From NCBI GenBank assembly GCA_934526185.1, contig CAKTAA010000001.1, positions 24,204 to 88,203 on the forward strand: a DNA stretch of 64,000 bases, in the 5' to 3' direction. Source of the stretch: an uncultured Eubacteriales bacterium (GTDB lineage: Bacteria; Bacillota; Clostridia; Oscillospirales; CAG-272). This document shows, piece after piece, positions 1 to 10,693 of the stretch. A program made the position numbers and the translations under genes. The notes beneath the pieces are model-generated. The model searched no databases. It was not told the DNA's origin and saw only the letters and a list, made by a program, of their open reading frames with translations. Each line of letters opens with the position of its first letter. Position 1 is the first letter of the stretch.

Positions 1-105
1 GAGGAAAAGGCTTGAGAAACCTCTAAACAGCAAGCTCTATTATAAATGAACTTGAAGCATCAATCGGGGCATGAAAGCTTTGTCTTATGTCTTTTTCCCC
101 CTTTT

Positions 106-190
106 CTTGAAAAGGCAGTTTTCTTGAAAAGGCAGTTTTCTTGAAAAGGCAGTTTTCTTGAAAAGGTAGTTTTCTTGAAAAGGTAGTTTT
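106..190. repeat. Tandem direct repeat, 17-bp unit CTTGAAAAGG(C/T)AGTTTT, 5 copies
   Basis: Read directly. Units begin at 106, 123, 140, 157 and 174. Copies 1-3 carry GGCAG and copies 4-5 carry GGTAG. The unit length is not a multiple of 3. Confidence 0.95.
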
Positions 191-325
191 CAGAATGAAA
201 AATTATGTTCTCCTTTCAAATAAAATGCGCGTCGGTTGTTTCCGATTTCACAATGGATAACAGCATAACGGTGATGCGCCCCGGAGCTGCAAAGCATCAG
301 AACTCTCAAAGATCAGGGCATGGAT

Positions 326-362
326 ATCAGGTTGAAAAATTCAATTTTTCAGCCTGATTTTT
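326..362 (+). terminator. AT-rich inverted repeat, possible intrinsic terminator or operator upstream of prmC
   Basis: ATCAGGTTGAAAAATT / AATTTTTCAGCCTGAT gives about 16 bp including one G-U pair around a central C, followed by TTTT. Confidence 0.35.
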
Positions 363-412
363 GCACTTTTTTCGAATGAGGCCGGCGCAAATTTTCAATT
401 ACAGCGAAAGGC

Positions 413-1291
413 GTGGTCATATGTATGAATCTTGCAAATTGTAAAAAAGAAATTCTGCGTCTGCTCAGAAACGGAGTGTCATATAATACTGCACGCGGGG
501 ACGAGGCGGAGGCGGACAGTGCGGTGCTTTACGACTGCGGAGAAATTATCCGCTGCCGGGCAGGCTTTGACCGCGCCGCTGTATTCCTGAATGGGGAGCG
601 GGAGCTGCCGGAGGAGATAACAGAACGTATGCTTTCGGATGCCGCGTCGCGTGCCGCAGGGGAGCCGCTGGCCTATATACTCGGGCAGGCGCCGTTCTGC
701 GGGGAGGATTATATTGTGAGGCGCGGATGTCTGATACCGCGTGCGGATACGGAGATCCTTGTGGAGGAAGCTGTACGGCTCCTGCCGGAGAACGGATGCT
801 TTTGGGATCTCTGCACTGGGAGCGGCTGCGTAGCGGCGGCGATTTTGAAGGCGCGGCCAGATACGTCGTGTGCTGCCGTCGAGCTTTCCCGCACGGCGGC
901 GGAGACTGCGGCGGAGAATTTTGAGCGGCTCGGTGTCGGCAGCCGGGTGAACCTTGTGCTGGGCGATGCTTTGACGGATCCGCTGCCCGGAGAAATGCGC
1001 GCGGATTACATTGTATCGAACCCGCCGTATATTCCTACGGAAACCATACGGTCGCTTGACGACGAGGTGAGGCGTGAGCCGCCCGAAGCGCTTGACGGCG
1101 GCGTTGACGGACTCATCTTTTACCGAACATTTCTGAGCGCCTATGCGGAGCGCACTCGCCGCGGCTTTCTGTTTGAAATCGGATGGGATCAGGGGGAGGC
1201 GTTGCGGGGACTTGCGGAGAAAAATCATTTGAGATGCGAAATACGCAGAGATTACGGCGGCCGCGACCGAGTTGCGCATCTTAGAAAGTAA
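413..1291 (+). CDS. prmC: Release factor glutamine N5-methyltransferase (HemK/PrmC family)
   Basis: Class I SAM methyltransferase with the NPPY motif (VSNPPYIP) and a GSG-type SAM loop (LCTGSGCVA). The start is uncertain: GTG 413 or ATG 425. Confidence 0.85.
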   Translation: MVICMNLANCKKEILRLLRNGVSYNTARGDEAEADSAVLYDCGEIIRCRAGFDRAAVFLNGERELPEEITERMLSDAASRAAGEPLAYILGQAPFCGEDYIVRRGCLIPRADTEILVEEAVRLLPENGCFWDLCTGSGCVAAAILKARPDTSCAAVELSRTAAETAAENFERLGVGSRVNLVLGDALTDPLPGEMRADYIVSNPPYIPTETIRSLDDEVRREPPEALDGGVDGLIFYRTFLSAYAERTRRGFLFEIGWDQGEALRGLAEKNHLRCEIRRDYGGRDRVAHLRK

Positions 1292-2186
1292 AAATTAGCT
1301 CCGCCTGCATGGAGGATGGCGTGAGCACTGCGCTCATGAATGCTTTTTCGGGATCCGAACATCGACGGATGTTTCAGAATATTAAAAAAGAGAGAGCTTG
1401 CATGAAAAAATACGGGAAAGGCTTGGCGGCAATCGTATCTGCTGTCCTGCGGGTTCCTTTGAGTACCTGCGCTTCAAAAGAGCTTGCCGCTAAGAGGCCG
1501 AGGTCCTTGTGTGTACGGAAACGCAGGAGCAGGGGCCGGAAGTTGACTGCGGTTGCATAATGAATGCGCTGAAAACACATCGCAGGTGATCGTGATAAGC
1601 GCAAGGAGGCGGGATATGAAATCACCTTTATCGTGCGATGAGAATGGCGGCCGGTCTTTTTCTGCGCTTTCGTATGATGCGTATGAAGCCGATCTTGGCG
1701 GGTATCTTACCTTCGTTCAGGGCGATGATACATTTGCCCGGAAGAAGGTTGGCGGGAGAATGAGACGTTTGACACAACCATTTCAGCCTTTTGTATGGCA
1801 ATCCTTCCGGCACTGTCCTGCATGCGGGGGCGTATTGGCAATCGCTTTCGCCGGTTTTGCCGTGGCTGGATTGTGCGTGCGAAAACAATAACGCCAGACG
1901 GCGCTGGTTACCGCCCGCCCGATTATCTGTTGTGAAGTCATCCATCCTGTTGGATGGATTTTTGAAAGAGGGGAATCAGATAGAGGCAAGAGGCTGGTTT
2001 AACTTTGGCAATCTCAGCGGTTCGGTGCGAAATGCGTTCACAGCCGCCTGCAGGTGCAGTCCTTTCAGATTCTATATATTTGCAGCGATGGAGAATATAG
2101 GCTCGAATATGAATGGGATCCGGAAGCTCCGAATAGATATTCGAAAATCATGGAATATTATGAAAGAATCTCGGTTAGCGTGACAA

Positions 2187-2222
2187 AGGCAATGCCGATT
2201 TCGGCATTGCCTCAGCTTTTTT
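2187..2222. terminator. Intrinsic terminator between convergent units
   Basis: Perfect arms AGGCAATGCCGA / TCGGCATTGCCT followed by CAGCTTTTTT. It lies 40 nt beyond the stop of the minus-strand ABC ATPase gene. Confidence 0.6.
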
Positions 2223-2261
2223 ATTCAGACGTCAAAAGCCGCCGGGGAGTTGCCGGAAATG

Positions 2262-3002
2262 TCACAGCACCTTTGACAAAAAATCCCGCAGCCTCGGATT
2301 CTTCGGGTTACCGAAGAACTCCCCGGGACATCCGCTTTCCAGAATGACGCCGCCGTCCATAAAAAGGACATTGGTACCGACCTCCCGCGCAAAGCCCATC
2401 TCGTGCGTTACGACAATCATGGTCATGCCGTCGTTTGCCAGCTTTTTCATAACCTCGAGTACCTCGCCTACCATTTCGGGATCGAGCGCGCTTGTCGGCT
2501 CGTCGAACAGCATGACGTCCGGATTCATACACAACGCACGGACAATGGCGATGCGCTGTTTCTGTCCGCCGGAAAGCTGAGACGGATAGGCGTCGGCACG
2601 GTCAGCAAGACCAACGCGGCTGAGCAGCTCCATGGCGCGGCCTTCCGCCGCCTCTTTGCTCTCGCCGAGCAGCTTTACAGGTGCTATCGTCATGTTTTTC
2701 AGCACGGTCATGTGCGGAAAAAGGTTGAACTGCTGAAATACCATGCCCATTTTCTGTCTGTGTACATTGATATTTGTTTTCGGGTCTGTGATGTCCGTAC
2801 CTTCGAAGAAAATACTGCCGCCGGTTGGTTCTTCAAGACGGTTGAGACAGCGGAGAAACGTCGATTTTCCCGAGCCGGACGGCCCAATGACGACGGTTAC
2901 GTCGCCTTTCCGGATTTCTGCGTTTACCCCTTTCAGAACCTCTACGTCACCGAAGGCTTTGCAGAGGCCGTCTACTTTGATTAGCACCTCATTAGTGTTC
3001 AC
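2262..3002 (-). CDS. Polar amino acid ABC transporter, ATP-binding protein
   Basis: Walker [13 protein letters not shown] signature LSGGQKQR, Walker [12 protein letters not shown]. GlnQ-like length of 246 aa. Confidence 0.92.
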   Translation of the reverse strand: MNTNEVLIKVDGLCKAFGDVEVLKGVNAEIRKGDVTVVIGPSGSGKSTFLRCLNRLEEPTGGSIFFEGTDITDPKTNINVHRQKMGMVFQQFNLFPHMTVLKNMTIAPVKLLGESKEAAEGRAMELLSRVGLADRADAYPSQLSGGQKQRIAIVRALCMNPDVMLFDEPTSALDPEMVGEVLEVMKKLANDGMTMIVVTHEMGFAREVGTNVLFMDGGVILESGCPGEFFGNPKNPRLRDFLSKVL

Positions 3003-3726
3003 TGCGGCGCAGCCTCCTTTCCAGTATTCTTACAAGCTGTGTGAACAGCAGAACGATTACAAGATAGATCAGCGCAACGGCGATAAGCGGCATGAAGGCG
3101 GAAAAAGTTCTGCCGCGTATCAGATCACCCGCTTTTGTAAGGTCTGCGATTCCAACATAGCCGGCAACAGAGGTTTCTTTCAGCAGAACGATGAATTCGT
3201 TGCACAGCGTCGGCAGCACGATTTTGAACATCTGCGGAATGACGATGTATATCATGGTCTGAATATAGTTAAAGCCGAGAGAACGTCCGGCTTCAAACTG
3301 TCCGTTATCGACCGACATGATGCCGCCGCGGAAGATCTCGGCCACATACGCGCCGGAGTTGATGCCGAACGCGATGACGGCGATCATCGTCCCGTTGGTG
3401 GACGACGCGAATATGATAAAATACATAATAAGGAGCTGCACAACGACAGGCGTACCGCGTATAACCGTCAGATAAACGTTGCACAGCGCGTTTAAAATCC
3501 AGAGGACGACATAGCCGATTCCGCCTCGTTTTTTCAGCGTTTCCTTATTTTTGTCATAGGTTGAACGGATGACGGCGATGACAACGCCGACCGCGATGCC
3601 GATAAGCACAGCGAAAAAAGTGATGATTAGCGTATTTCCCAGACCGTCCAGAAGCCATTTCCATTTGCTGCCGTCCAAAAAATTCAGACGAAATTCCGCT
3701 GAGAAATCTTCAAACCAGTTACGCAT
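2992..3726 (-). CDS. Amino acid ABC transporter permease
   Basis: Multi-TM 244-aa protein. It overlaps the ATPase start by 11 nt, and its EAA-like loop region is typical of the HisM/GlnP family. Confidence 0.85.
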   Translation of the reverse strand: MRNWFEDFSAEFRLNFLDGSKWKWLLDGLGNTLIITFFAVLIGIAVGVVIAVIRSTYDKNKETLKKRGGIGYVVLWILNALCNVYLTVIRGTPVVVQLLIMYFIIFASSTNGTMIAVIAFGINSGAYVAEIFRGGIMSVDNGQFEAGRSLGFNYIQTMIYIVIPQMFKIVLPTLCNEFIVLLKETSVAGYVGIADLTKAGDLIRGRTFSAFMPLIAVALIYLVIVLLFTQLVRILERRLRRSEH

Positions 3727-3820
3727 GGCAATTTCCTTTCGTATAACTTAAGGCAGGAAAAACGGGCGGCGGAAGCGCCGCCCGTTATGGGTGTCAGCCG
3801 ATCATATTTTATATGACCAT

Positions 3821-4627
3821 TCAGTCTTTGATGTACTTGTTGACAATTTCGTCGATTTTTCCTTCGGATTTCAATTCACTCAGCGCTTTGTTGAGCTTTT
3901 CAAGCAGCTCATCGTTTTCCTTGGAAACGCAGATGGCGTAATCCTCGTTGGTATATTCGCCGTCGAGTATTTTCAGCCCCTCGTTGGCCTTAACGTAGGA
4001 TTTGGCCGGTTCATTGTCGATGATGACAGCAGTCACTTTTCCGCTGAGCAGAGCCTGGACCGCGTCCGCGCCGGTTTTGTAGCGGATAACATTATCCTCG
4101 CCAAAGCCCCATTTTTTAGGTTCAGCGGATGAATAGATATCGCCGGTGGTGTCCTGCTGAACGCCTATTTTGATGCCGTCCTTAACACCAGTGGGCTCTT
4201 CTGTTTCTTCGTCGAAGCCGGTGTAAAAGTCCTCGAAGGACGTATACTCGCTGTTTTCGGGTACGATAACGACCTGAATGCCATTTGCGTAGGAATCTGT
4301 AAAGTCAACGCTTTCTTTGCGTTCATCCGTAACAGTCATGCCGGCCATACCCATATCGTATTTACCGGACTCCACACCGCCGACAATCGAACCGAACTCT
4401 ACGTCTTCGATCTGAAGCTCCATGCCGAGCTTCTCGGCTATGAGACCTGCGATTTCCACATCAATTCCTGCAAAGCTTCCGTCGTCTTCCTTGAATTCAT
4501 ACGGCGGAAAAGCCGCATTTGTCGCCATGACAAGCGTCTCGTCCTTTTTTTCAGAGCAGCCAGACATGACTGCCGCCGCTGTCAGCAGCATTGCTGCCGA
4601 CAGCAGCATAACTATGATTCTTTTCAT
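3821..4627 (-). CDS. Amino acid ABC transporter substrate-binding lipoprotein (family 3 SBP)
   Basis: Signal peptide with lipobox (AVMSGC). The GIDVEIA and TDERK motifs are typical of polar-amino-acid binding proteins. It is the first gene of the three-gene operon. Confidence 0.85.
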   Translation of the reverse strand: MKRIIVMLLSAAMLLTAAAVMSGCSEKKDETLVMATNAAFPPYEFKEDDGSFAGIDVEIAGLIAEKLGMELQIEDVEFGSIVGGVESGKYDMGMAGMTVTDERKESVDFTDSYANGIQVVIVPENSEYTSFEDFYTGFDEETEEPTGVKDGIKIGVQQDTTGDIYSSAEPKKWGFGEDNVIRYKTGADAVQALLSGKVTAVIIDNEPAKSYVKANEGLKILDGEYTNEDYAICVSKENDELLEKLNKALSELKSEGKIDEIVNKYIKD

Positions 4628-4665
4628 TCTGTAATCCTCCCGCAGATAACACGATAATTTATATC

Positions 4666-4694
4666 AGTATAACACCGGATGAACAAAAATGCAA
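4666..4694 (-). promoter_or_regulatory. Sigma-70-like promoter of the ABC importer operon
   Basis: On the minus strand: TTGCAT, a 17-nt spacer, then TATACT. It lies about 40 nt upstream of the GGGAGGA SD of the SBP gene. Confidence 0.45.
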
Positions 4695-4850
4695 GTATAT
4701 TTTTACAAAAATGTATAGATTTACGACGCCAATAAACGAATCGGCTGGAATATTTGAAAGAAAAAAGATGTACCGTACTGTTTGTACAATGTATGCAGAC
4801 GTATTCGCACCGAAGCGGAAAGAACGCGGCAATCTGACAGAGAAAGAATT

Positions 4851-5366
4851 TCATCGGACATTATTGTACAGATTGCCGAAATCTTCGATTTTTTCGATGA
4901 TCTGCGTAAAATCGGAGGAATAGGTGCGTGCCCTGTAAGAATGGAACGGATTTTGCATATGCAGCGCGGCGGAACCGTCCTTGTAGACAATTACCGTATC
5001 GTAAACGCCTGCGTTGCTGTAGTAAGGTGTGCCGTCTCTATAGGTGCTTCCGTAATAGTCGGTAAACAGAACGAACTCGACAATGTAGTCGATATCCGAA
5101 AAGATTTCGGTACTGTTTTCCTTTATGGTTATGATTCGCGTGTTCAGAATCTGATAATCAGACCATTGCTTCTCCAGCTCCTTGAGCGCCTTGGAAATCC
5201 GGTCGTCTGTTTTCGTAGGTTCCGTATCGGCTGTCTGACTGACCGCCTGCGTTTCCGTGTCTATACTTTTTGTGTCCGGCGGACGGTCTGTTCCGTCCTC
5301 CATCACACAGCCTGAGGTGACGCAGATGCAGAGAAGCAGGAAAAAAAGCGAGATACGTTTTTTCAT
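4851..5366 (-). CDS. Putative lipoprotein, function unknown
   Basis: 171-aa ORF with the strong SD AAGGAGGAAG, a signal peptide and lipobox (VTSGC). I recognise no family. Confidence 0.6.
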   Translation of the reverse strand: MKKRISLFFLLLCICVTSGCVMEDGTDRPPDTKSIDTETQAVSQTADTEPTKTDDRISKALKELEKQWSDYQILNTRIITIKENSTEIFSDIDYIVEFVLFTDYYGSTYRDGTPYYSNAGVYDTVIVYKDGSAALHMQNPFHSYRARTYSSDFTQIIEKIEDFGNLYNNVR

Positions 5367-5719
5367 TGTTCTTCCTCCTTTTGGTCATTGGTAAGTCCGG
5401 CCGGCGGAAATATCCGGAAGCTGTCGGACACGGCCGATGAAAGTTTAACATGCGGTTGTTTAGACCGCGTACATTATAGCACAGCATTTCGGGCAAGGCA
5501 ATACATGCGGTCGAAAATTCTGTTTTCTCGGCCTCGTTTGCCGAAGAATTTTCAGGCAGTAAGGATGAAAAAACGAAAAGAGAGAACAGGCGGAAGCAAA
5601 TCTTTTTCTCTTTCAGAAATTTGTACAAAATGATTATTTACAAAACCGATAATATAGGGTAAAATATAAAGGGTATACTATCGAAAAATGAAATCGGAAA
5701 CGAGAAAGTGGGAGATAGA

Positions 5720-6442
5720 ATGCAGGAAGATTTTAAATACCACAGAATTTTATTGAAGCTTTCCGGCGAAGCGCTGGCTACCGGAGGCGGCGGAGTTCTC
5801 AACTACGACTTCATAAGAGAAATCGGCAGCGCAATCAAAAAGTGCGTGGACGGCGGCGTCCAGGTCAGTCTTGTGGTCGGCGGCGGCAACATTTGGCGCG
5901 GCCGGCAGGGCGAAAAAATGGATCGCACGCGCGCTGACCATATGGGAATGCTCGCCACTGCAATCAATGCTCTGGCGCTTGAGGATGCCTTTGAACAATT
6001 CAGCATGGATACGCGTGTGATGACAGCCATTGATATGAAACAGTTTGCCGAGCCGTACATCCGCAACAAGGCTATTTCACATATGGAGAAGGGACGTGTA
6101 GTCATCTTTGCCTGCGGTATCGGCAGCCCGTTTTTCTCCACGGATACAGCCGCGGTGCTCCGCGCAGCGGAGATCAACGCCGATATTGTGCTGATGGCGA
6201 AAAACATTGACGGCGTGTATACGGCAGATCCGAAGATCGATCCCACGGCGAAAAAGCTTTCCGAAATCGATTACATGGATATTTTGAAAAACAGACTGAA
6301 AGCATTGGACTCCACGGCGGCCAGCTTCAGCATGGACAATCACATCCCGATCCTTTTCTTCGGCCTTGACGATCCGGAGAACATTGTAAAGGCCGTCAGG
6401 GGAGACGCCATCGGTACCATCATCTCCGGTCAGGATAAGTAA
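5720..6442 (+). CDS. pyrH: UMP kinase
   Basis: N-terminus [13 protein letters not shown] plus [10 protein letters not shown] and the C-terminal ATP-binding region typical of PyrH. Start re-picked to ATG 5720. Confidence 0.95.
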   Translation: MQEDFKYHRILLKLSGEALATGGGGVLNYDFIREIGSAIKKCVDGGVQVSLVVGGGNIWRGRQGEKMDRTRADHMGMLATAINALALEDAFEQFSMDTRVMTAIDMKQFAEPYIRNKAISHMEKGRVVIFACGIGSPFFSTDTAAVLRAAEINADIVLMAKNIDGVYTADPKIDPTAKKLSEIDYMDILKNRLKALDSTAASFSMDNHIPILFFGLDDPENIVKAVRGDAIGTIISGQDK

Positions 6443-6536
6443 AAGCAGCAGAAAACGAACATACGGCGGCCGCGCACAGGCATAACCCCGGGGTGCCGTG
6501 CGGCAGACGCGCTTCGGGGAGAAAGGCAGAGAAATT

Positions 6537-7091
6537 ATGAAGCTTGACACAAAAGAATACGAGAGCAAAATGAAAAAAAGCATTGCGGCGCTGGAGGAGG
6601 AATTCAAGACCATCCGTGCGGGACGTGCGAATCCGGCGGTGCTCGACAAAATCACGGTGGATTATTACGGAACTCCGACGGCGATCCCGCAGATGGCGCA
6701 GGTCAGCGTGACCGACGCCCGCACACTGGTCATACAGCCGTGGGATGCCTCTACGCTCAAGAGCATGGACAAAGCCATTCAGGCAAGTGATCTCGGCATT
6801 CAGCCGCAGAACGACGGCAAGGTGCTTCGTATCGTTTTTCCGCAGCTTACCGAAGAGAGACGCCGGGATTTGACCAAGCAGATAGCAAAAATGGGCGAGT
6901 CGGCGAAGGTAGCGCTCAGAAACATCCGCCGCGACGCCAACGACGCCTGCAAGGCGCTGAAAAAGTCATCGGAGATGACAGAGGACGAGCAGAAGCAGTC
7001 CGAAAAGCATATTCAGGAGCTGACTGACGCAAAGATCAAGGAAGTGGACGGAATCGTCGAGAAAAAAAATAAGGAGATCATGGAGATCTGA
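6537..7091 (+). CDS. frr: Ribosome recycling factor
   Basis: Motifs EEFKTIRAGRANPAVLD and LTEERRRDL. Start re-picked to ATG 6537 (MKLDTKEYE). Confidence 0.95.
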   Translation: MKLDTKEYESKMKKSIAALEEEFKTIRAGRANPAVLDKITVDYYGTPTAIPQMAQVSVTDARTLVIQPWDASTLKSMDKAIQASDLGIQPQNDGKVLRIVFPQLTEERRRDLTKQIAKMGESAKVALRNIRRDANDACKALKKSSEMTEDEQKQSEKHIQELTDAKIKEVDGIVEKKNKEIMEI

Positions 7092-7112
7092 CCTCGGACG
7101 GCTTGCAGCATA

Positions 7113-7148
7113 CCGCGCCGGCGCGGAGACGCCGGCGCGCGGCTTTTT
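7113..7148 (+). terminator. Intrinsic terminator after frr
   Basis: 10-bp GC stem CGCGCCGGCG / CGCCGGCGCG followed by CTTTTT. Confidence 0.7.
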
Positions 7149-7379
7149 GGGAATATCCGAGCAGCCGGAAATGCCGTTTCCGTGCCGGAGGACGCTTGTG
7201 CTTCCGACCGATTCTAAAACGGTCCTGCGCGGTATTCGAACAGAAAAACGGCGGATCGATGCCGACCGAGAAGAAACAAAAAAAGAACCGAAACGGGGTA
7301 ATTCGGCCGTGAAAGGGCACGGAGGAGCAGGGGGCCGCGCTGCCGGAGGAATGAAACGGCGAAAGGAAACGCTTTACAT

Positions 7380-8081
7380 ATGGAAAAAAGCAGCTTCAGG
7401 GTAGATGAAAAGCTCAGGCATATCGCTTTTATTATGGACGGAAACGGCAGATGGGCCAGACAGCGCGGTATGCCGCGCGAATACGGTCACGGAGTCGGCG
7501 CCCGGGTGTTCCGCCGTGTTATCCGCTACTGCGGAGATATCGGCATCACGGCTGTAACTGTTTACAGCTTCTCTACAGAGAACTGGAAGCGTCCGCCGAA
7601 AGAGGTGCGGACCATCATGAAGCTTTTCCAGAGCTATCTGAAGGATGCGGAAAAGGAAGCGGCGGAATATGATATCCGTCTTTGCTTTTTGGGTGACAAG
7701 GGCGTGTTCCCCGAGGATATGCGCCGGAAGATGGAGCGTCTTGAGGAAGATACAAAGCACAACCGGCTGACGCTGAATGTAGCGATAAACTACGGCGGGC
7801 GGGACGACATTGTACATGCGGTGAATCGCCTGATAGCAGAGGGCAGGACGCATGTGACCGAGGAGGATATCACCTCTCATTTGTATACGTCCCACTGTCC
7901 GCCGCCGGATCTGATAGTGAGAACAGGCGCGGAGATGCGGCTGTCCAATTTCCTGCTGTGGCAGGCCGCGTACTCCGAGCTGTATTTTACCGACGTGCTT
8001 TGGCCGGATTTCACAGAGGACGAGGTTCTGGCGGCTGTTGAGAATTTTTATGCGAGAAAACGCCGGTTCGGCGGCGTCTGA
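7380..8081 (+). CDS. uppS: Isoprenyl transferase (undecaprenyl diphosphate synthase)
   Basis: Motifs IAFIMDGNGRWA, FSTENWKRP and RLSNFLLWQAAYSELYF are hallmark cis-prenyltransferase motifs. Confidence 0.93.
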   Translation: MEKSSFRVDEKLRHIAFIMDGNGRWARQRGMPREYGHGVGARVFRRVIRYCGDIGITAVTVYSFSTENWKRPPKEVRTIMKLFQSYLKDAEKEAAEYDIRLCFLGDKGVFPEDMRRKMERLEEDTKHNRLTLNVAINYGGRDDIVHAVNRLIAEGRTHVTEEDITSHLYTSHCPPPDLIVRTGAEMRLSNFLLWQAAYSELYFTDVLWPDFTEDEVLAAVENFYARKRRFGGV

Positions 8082-8395
8082 ATGCGGCGGCAGGCTTCCG
8101 AATAGAGACGGCTGAAAAATTTTTTCCACGAGCTGTTTGAAAAAAGCTGACGAGTATTTCGCTCGGAAGAAAAGTTCGCAAAACGAAGCTCTGAAGCAAC
8201 TCTGCAAGAAAAGTCCGAGAAGAACAATCATATGCGAATTTAGATGTCCCCTGCCTTACACGGCGTCCGCGGCATGAATTTTCGGCGCTGAGCTCGAACT
8301 TTCGCCGAAATGCTGATTGAAGGGGCAAAGCACCTTATTGACCTTATTGTAAAGAAAGGATGCGTTCAGTGCGCTGACGCTTCAGGATTCAAAGT

Positions 8396-9229
8396 ATGAA
8401 GCAACGGATATTGACGGGCGTTGTGCTTGTCATCATATGGATACCGGTTGCCATATTCTCCGATACCTGGCTTTTTTGTCTGTTTTTTTCCATCTTGTCG
8501 TCCGTGGGGACTTATGAAATGCTGCAGTGTACCGGTGTGTCCCGCAATGCGGCTGTTGCCGTCCCTGCAGTGGGCATCTCAGCCGCGCTCCCGTTTCTGA
8601 CACGATTCATAGAGGAGCCGGCAGACTTCGGTACGCTGCTGATGGTCGTGTTTTTTCTGTATTTATTTTATTTGCTGGCGGCTGCCGTTTTTTCGAGGGG
8701 AAAGCTGAAGTTGAATGAAATCGCCGTCGTTTTTATGATGACGCTCTATATTCCCGCTACCCTGTCCTGCATTATTCTGCTGCGCGATCTGCCGAGAGGC
8801 ACGTATTTGTATTATCTTGTATTTATAGGCGCATGGATTACCGATATTTTCGCTTATTTTACCGGTCGGTTTATTGGCCGGCACAAGCTGATTCCGGATG
8901 TCAGCCCAAAAAAGACCGTCGAAGGAGCTGTAGGGGGTACGGTTTTCTGTATGGCGTCGTTTGCGCTTTACGGCTTTGTGATCTGCCGCGTTTTTGACGT
9001 TACGCCGCATTACGGCGCGCTTCTGATCCTCGGCGGTGTGGTTTCCGTCATTTCACAGATAGGAGACCTTGCCATGTCTCTTATAAAGCGCCATTACAAC
9101 ATCAAGGACTACGGAAAAATATTTCCCGGCCACGGCGGAGTTCTTGACCGGTTTGACAGCGTAATGGCGGCAGCGCCGTTTCTGTATCTGCTGTGTGCCT
9201 CGTTTAAATTCTTCCACGTTCTTTTCTGA
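8396..9229 (+). CDS. cdsA: Phosphatidate cytidylyltransferase
   Basis: Polytopic membrane protein carrying the CDS signature region SPKKTVEGAVGG...GDLAMSLIKR...GHGGVLDRFDS. Confidence 0.88.
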   Translation: MKQRILTGVVLVIIWIPVAIFSDTWLFCLFFSILSSVGTYEMLQCTGVSRNAAVAVPAVGISAALPFLTRFIEEPADFGTLLMVVFFLYLFYLLAAAVFSRGKLKLNEIAVVFMMTLYIPATLSCIILLRDLPRGTYLYYLVFIGAWITDIFAYFTGRFIGRHKLIPDVSPKKTVEGAVGGTVFCMASFALYGFVICRVFDVTPHYGALLILGGVVSVISQIGDLAMSLIKRHYNIKDYGKIFPGHGGVLDRFDSVMAAAPFLYLLCASFKFFHVLF

Positions 9230-9490
9230 GCTTTGCACACGGCGGCAGCAGGACAATATTCTCCGAACGGCGGACTCGGCGGAGGGGGCGGAAATGGAGA
9301 AACACATCGTCCGGCGCTGCCGGGCGGTGTGGGGGTAGATTCCTTCCTGCATGGAACCGAATGCTTATGATTCAAAGAGCCGAAAAGTGAAAATGATGTT
9401 GGCTAAAACGGTACATCGCCTTTCGTCAGATTATAGGCGGAGGCTATATGAGAAAGCGCGGCGGAATTCAGCAAAAGGAGTATTCAATTT

Positions 9491-10693
9491 ATGTCAGACG
9501 GAAACAGGAGACCTGCATGCATTGCGGTGCTCGGCTCCACAGGATCGGTGGGGCGTCAGACGCTCGAGGTCGCAGAATTTTTAGGAATTCGTGTTGAGAC
9601 AATCAGCGGCTGCCGGAATGTATCGCTCCTTGAGGAACAAATAAGAAAATTCAGGCCCCGTATCTGTGCGGTTGCGGATGAAAATGCCGCGCGCGATCTG
9701 CGGATGAGTGTTCGGGATACCGCAACGGAAATTCTGTCCGGCAGCGAAGGGGTAACAGAGGCGGCCCGGAGCACAGAGGCGGATATTGTATGCAATTCCG
9801 TCACGGGGACGGCAGGACTCTTTCCGACATTGGCGGCGATTGAGGCGGGAAAACATGTGGCTCTTTCAAACAAAGAAACAATCGTGACCGCGGGGGAATA
9901 TGTCATGTGCCGCGCTCATACATATGGAGTGAGAATCCTTCCTGTGGACAGCGAGCACAGCGCCATTTTTCAGTGCCTGCGCGCGGGAAAGCAGGAGCAG
10001 ATTGAACGTCTGCTTCTGACCTGCTCGGGAGGCCCCTTCTATGGGAGAAAGCGGGAGGATCTGGCATTGGTGACGCCGAAGGAGGCGCTGGCGCATCCGA
10101 CCTGGAATATGGGGCCGAAGATTACGGTGGACTGCGGTACGCTGATGAATAAGGGCCTGGAGCTTATCGAAGCGGTCCATCTGTTCGGCGTGCCGCCCGA
10201 AAAGGTAGAGGTGCTGATTCACAGGGAAAGTATCGTTCACTCGCTTGCGGAATTTTCCGACCGGGCGGTGATTGCTCAGCTCAGTGTGCCGGATATGCGT
10301 CTCTGCATTCAGTATGCGCTTACGTATCCCGAACGCTGTCCTTCACTTTTGAAGCCGTTGGACCTTACAAAAATCGGATGTCTGACATTTGCTGAACCGG
10401 ATACAGAGGCTTTTCCGCTTCTCAAGCTGGCTCGGCGTGCGGCGTCCGCGGGTGGTGTTCTGCCCGCTGTGCTGAACGGTGCGAATGAAGCCGCCGTTTC
10501 CCTGTTTTTAGAAGGTAAGATCTTGTTTACGGAAATCTCCGACGCGGTGGGCGAGGTAGTCTGCGGCTGGAGGAGTGAATCGGGCGTGCGATGCCTTGAA
10601 GATATCCTGGAAGCGGATCGCCTCTCAAGGGAACGGCTGAATGATTTGTGCGGAGCAAGAGCTGACAGCCGACGAAACTCGGTACCGGATTGA
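9491..10693 (+). CDS. dxr: 1-deoxy-D-xylulose 5-phosphate reductoisomerase
   Basis: Motifs LGSTGSVG, LPVDSEHSAIFQC and NKGLELIEA. Confidence 0.95.
   Translation: MSDGNRRPACIAVLGSTGSVGRQTLEVAEFLGIRVETISGCRNVSLLEEQIRKFRPRICAVADENAARDLRMSVRDTATEILSGSEGVTEAARSTEADIVCNSVTGTAGLFPTLAAIEAGKHVALSNKETIVTAGEYVMCRAHTYGVRILPVDSEHSAIFQCLRAGKQEQIERLLLTCSGGPFYGRKREDLALVTPKEALAHPTWNMGPKITVDCGTLMNKGLELIEAVHLFGVPPEKVEVLIHRESIVHSLAEFSDRAVIAQLSVPDMRLCIQYALTYPERCPSLLKPLDLTKIGCLTFAEPDTEAFPLLKLARRAASAGGVLPAVLNGANEAAVSLFLEGKILFTEISDAVGEVVCGWRSESGVRCLEDILEADRLSRERLNDLCGARADSRRNSVPD

Noticed and set aside
106-190. Tandem repeat as a CRISPR array.
   Set aside because: The units are directly abutting with no spacers, are only 17 bp long, and have no cas genes nearby.
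9351-9584. 77-aa ORF overlapping the dxr start.
   Set aside because: It overlaps the well-supported dxr N-terminus out of frame, and its sequence is basic and low-complexity.
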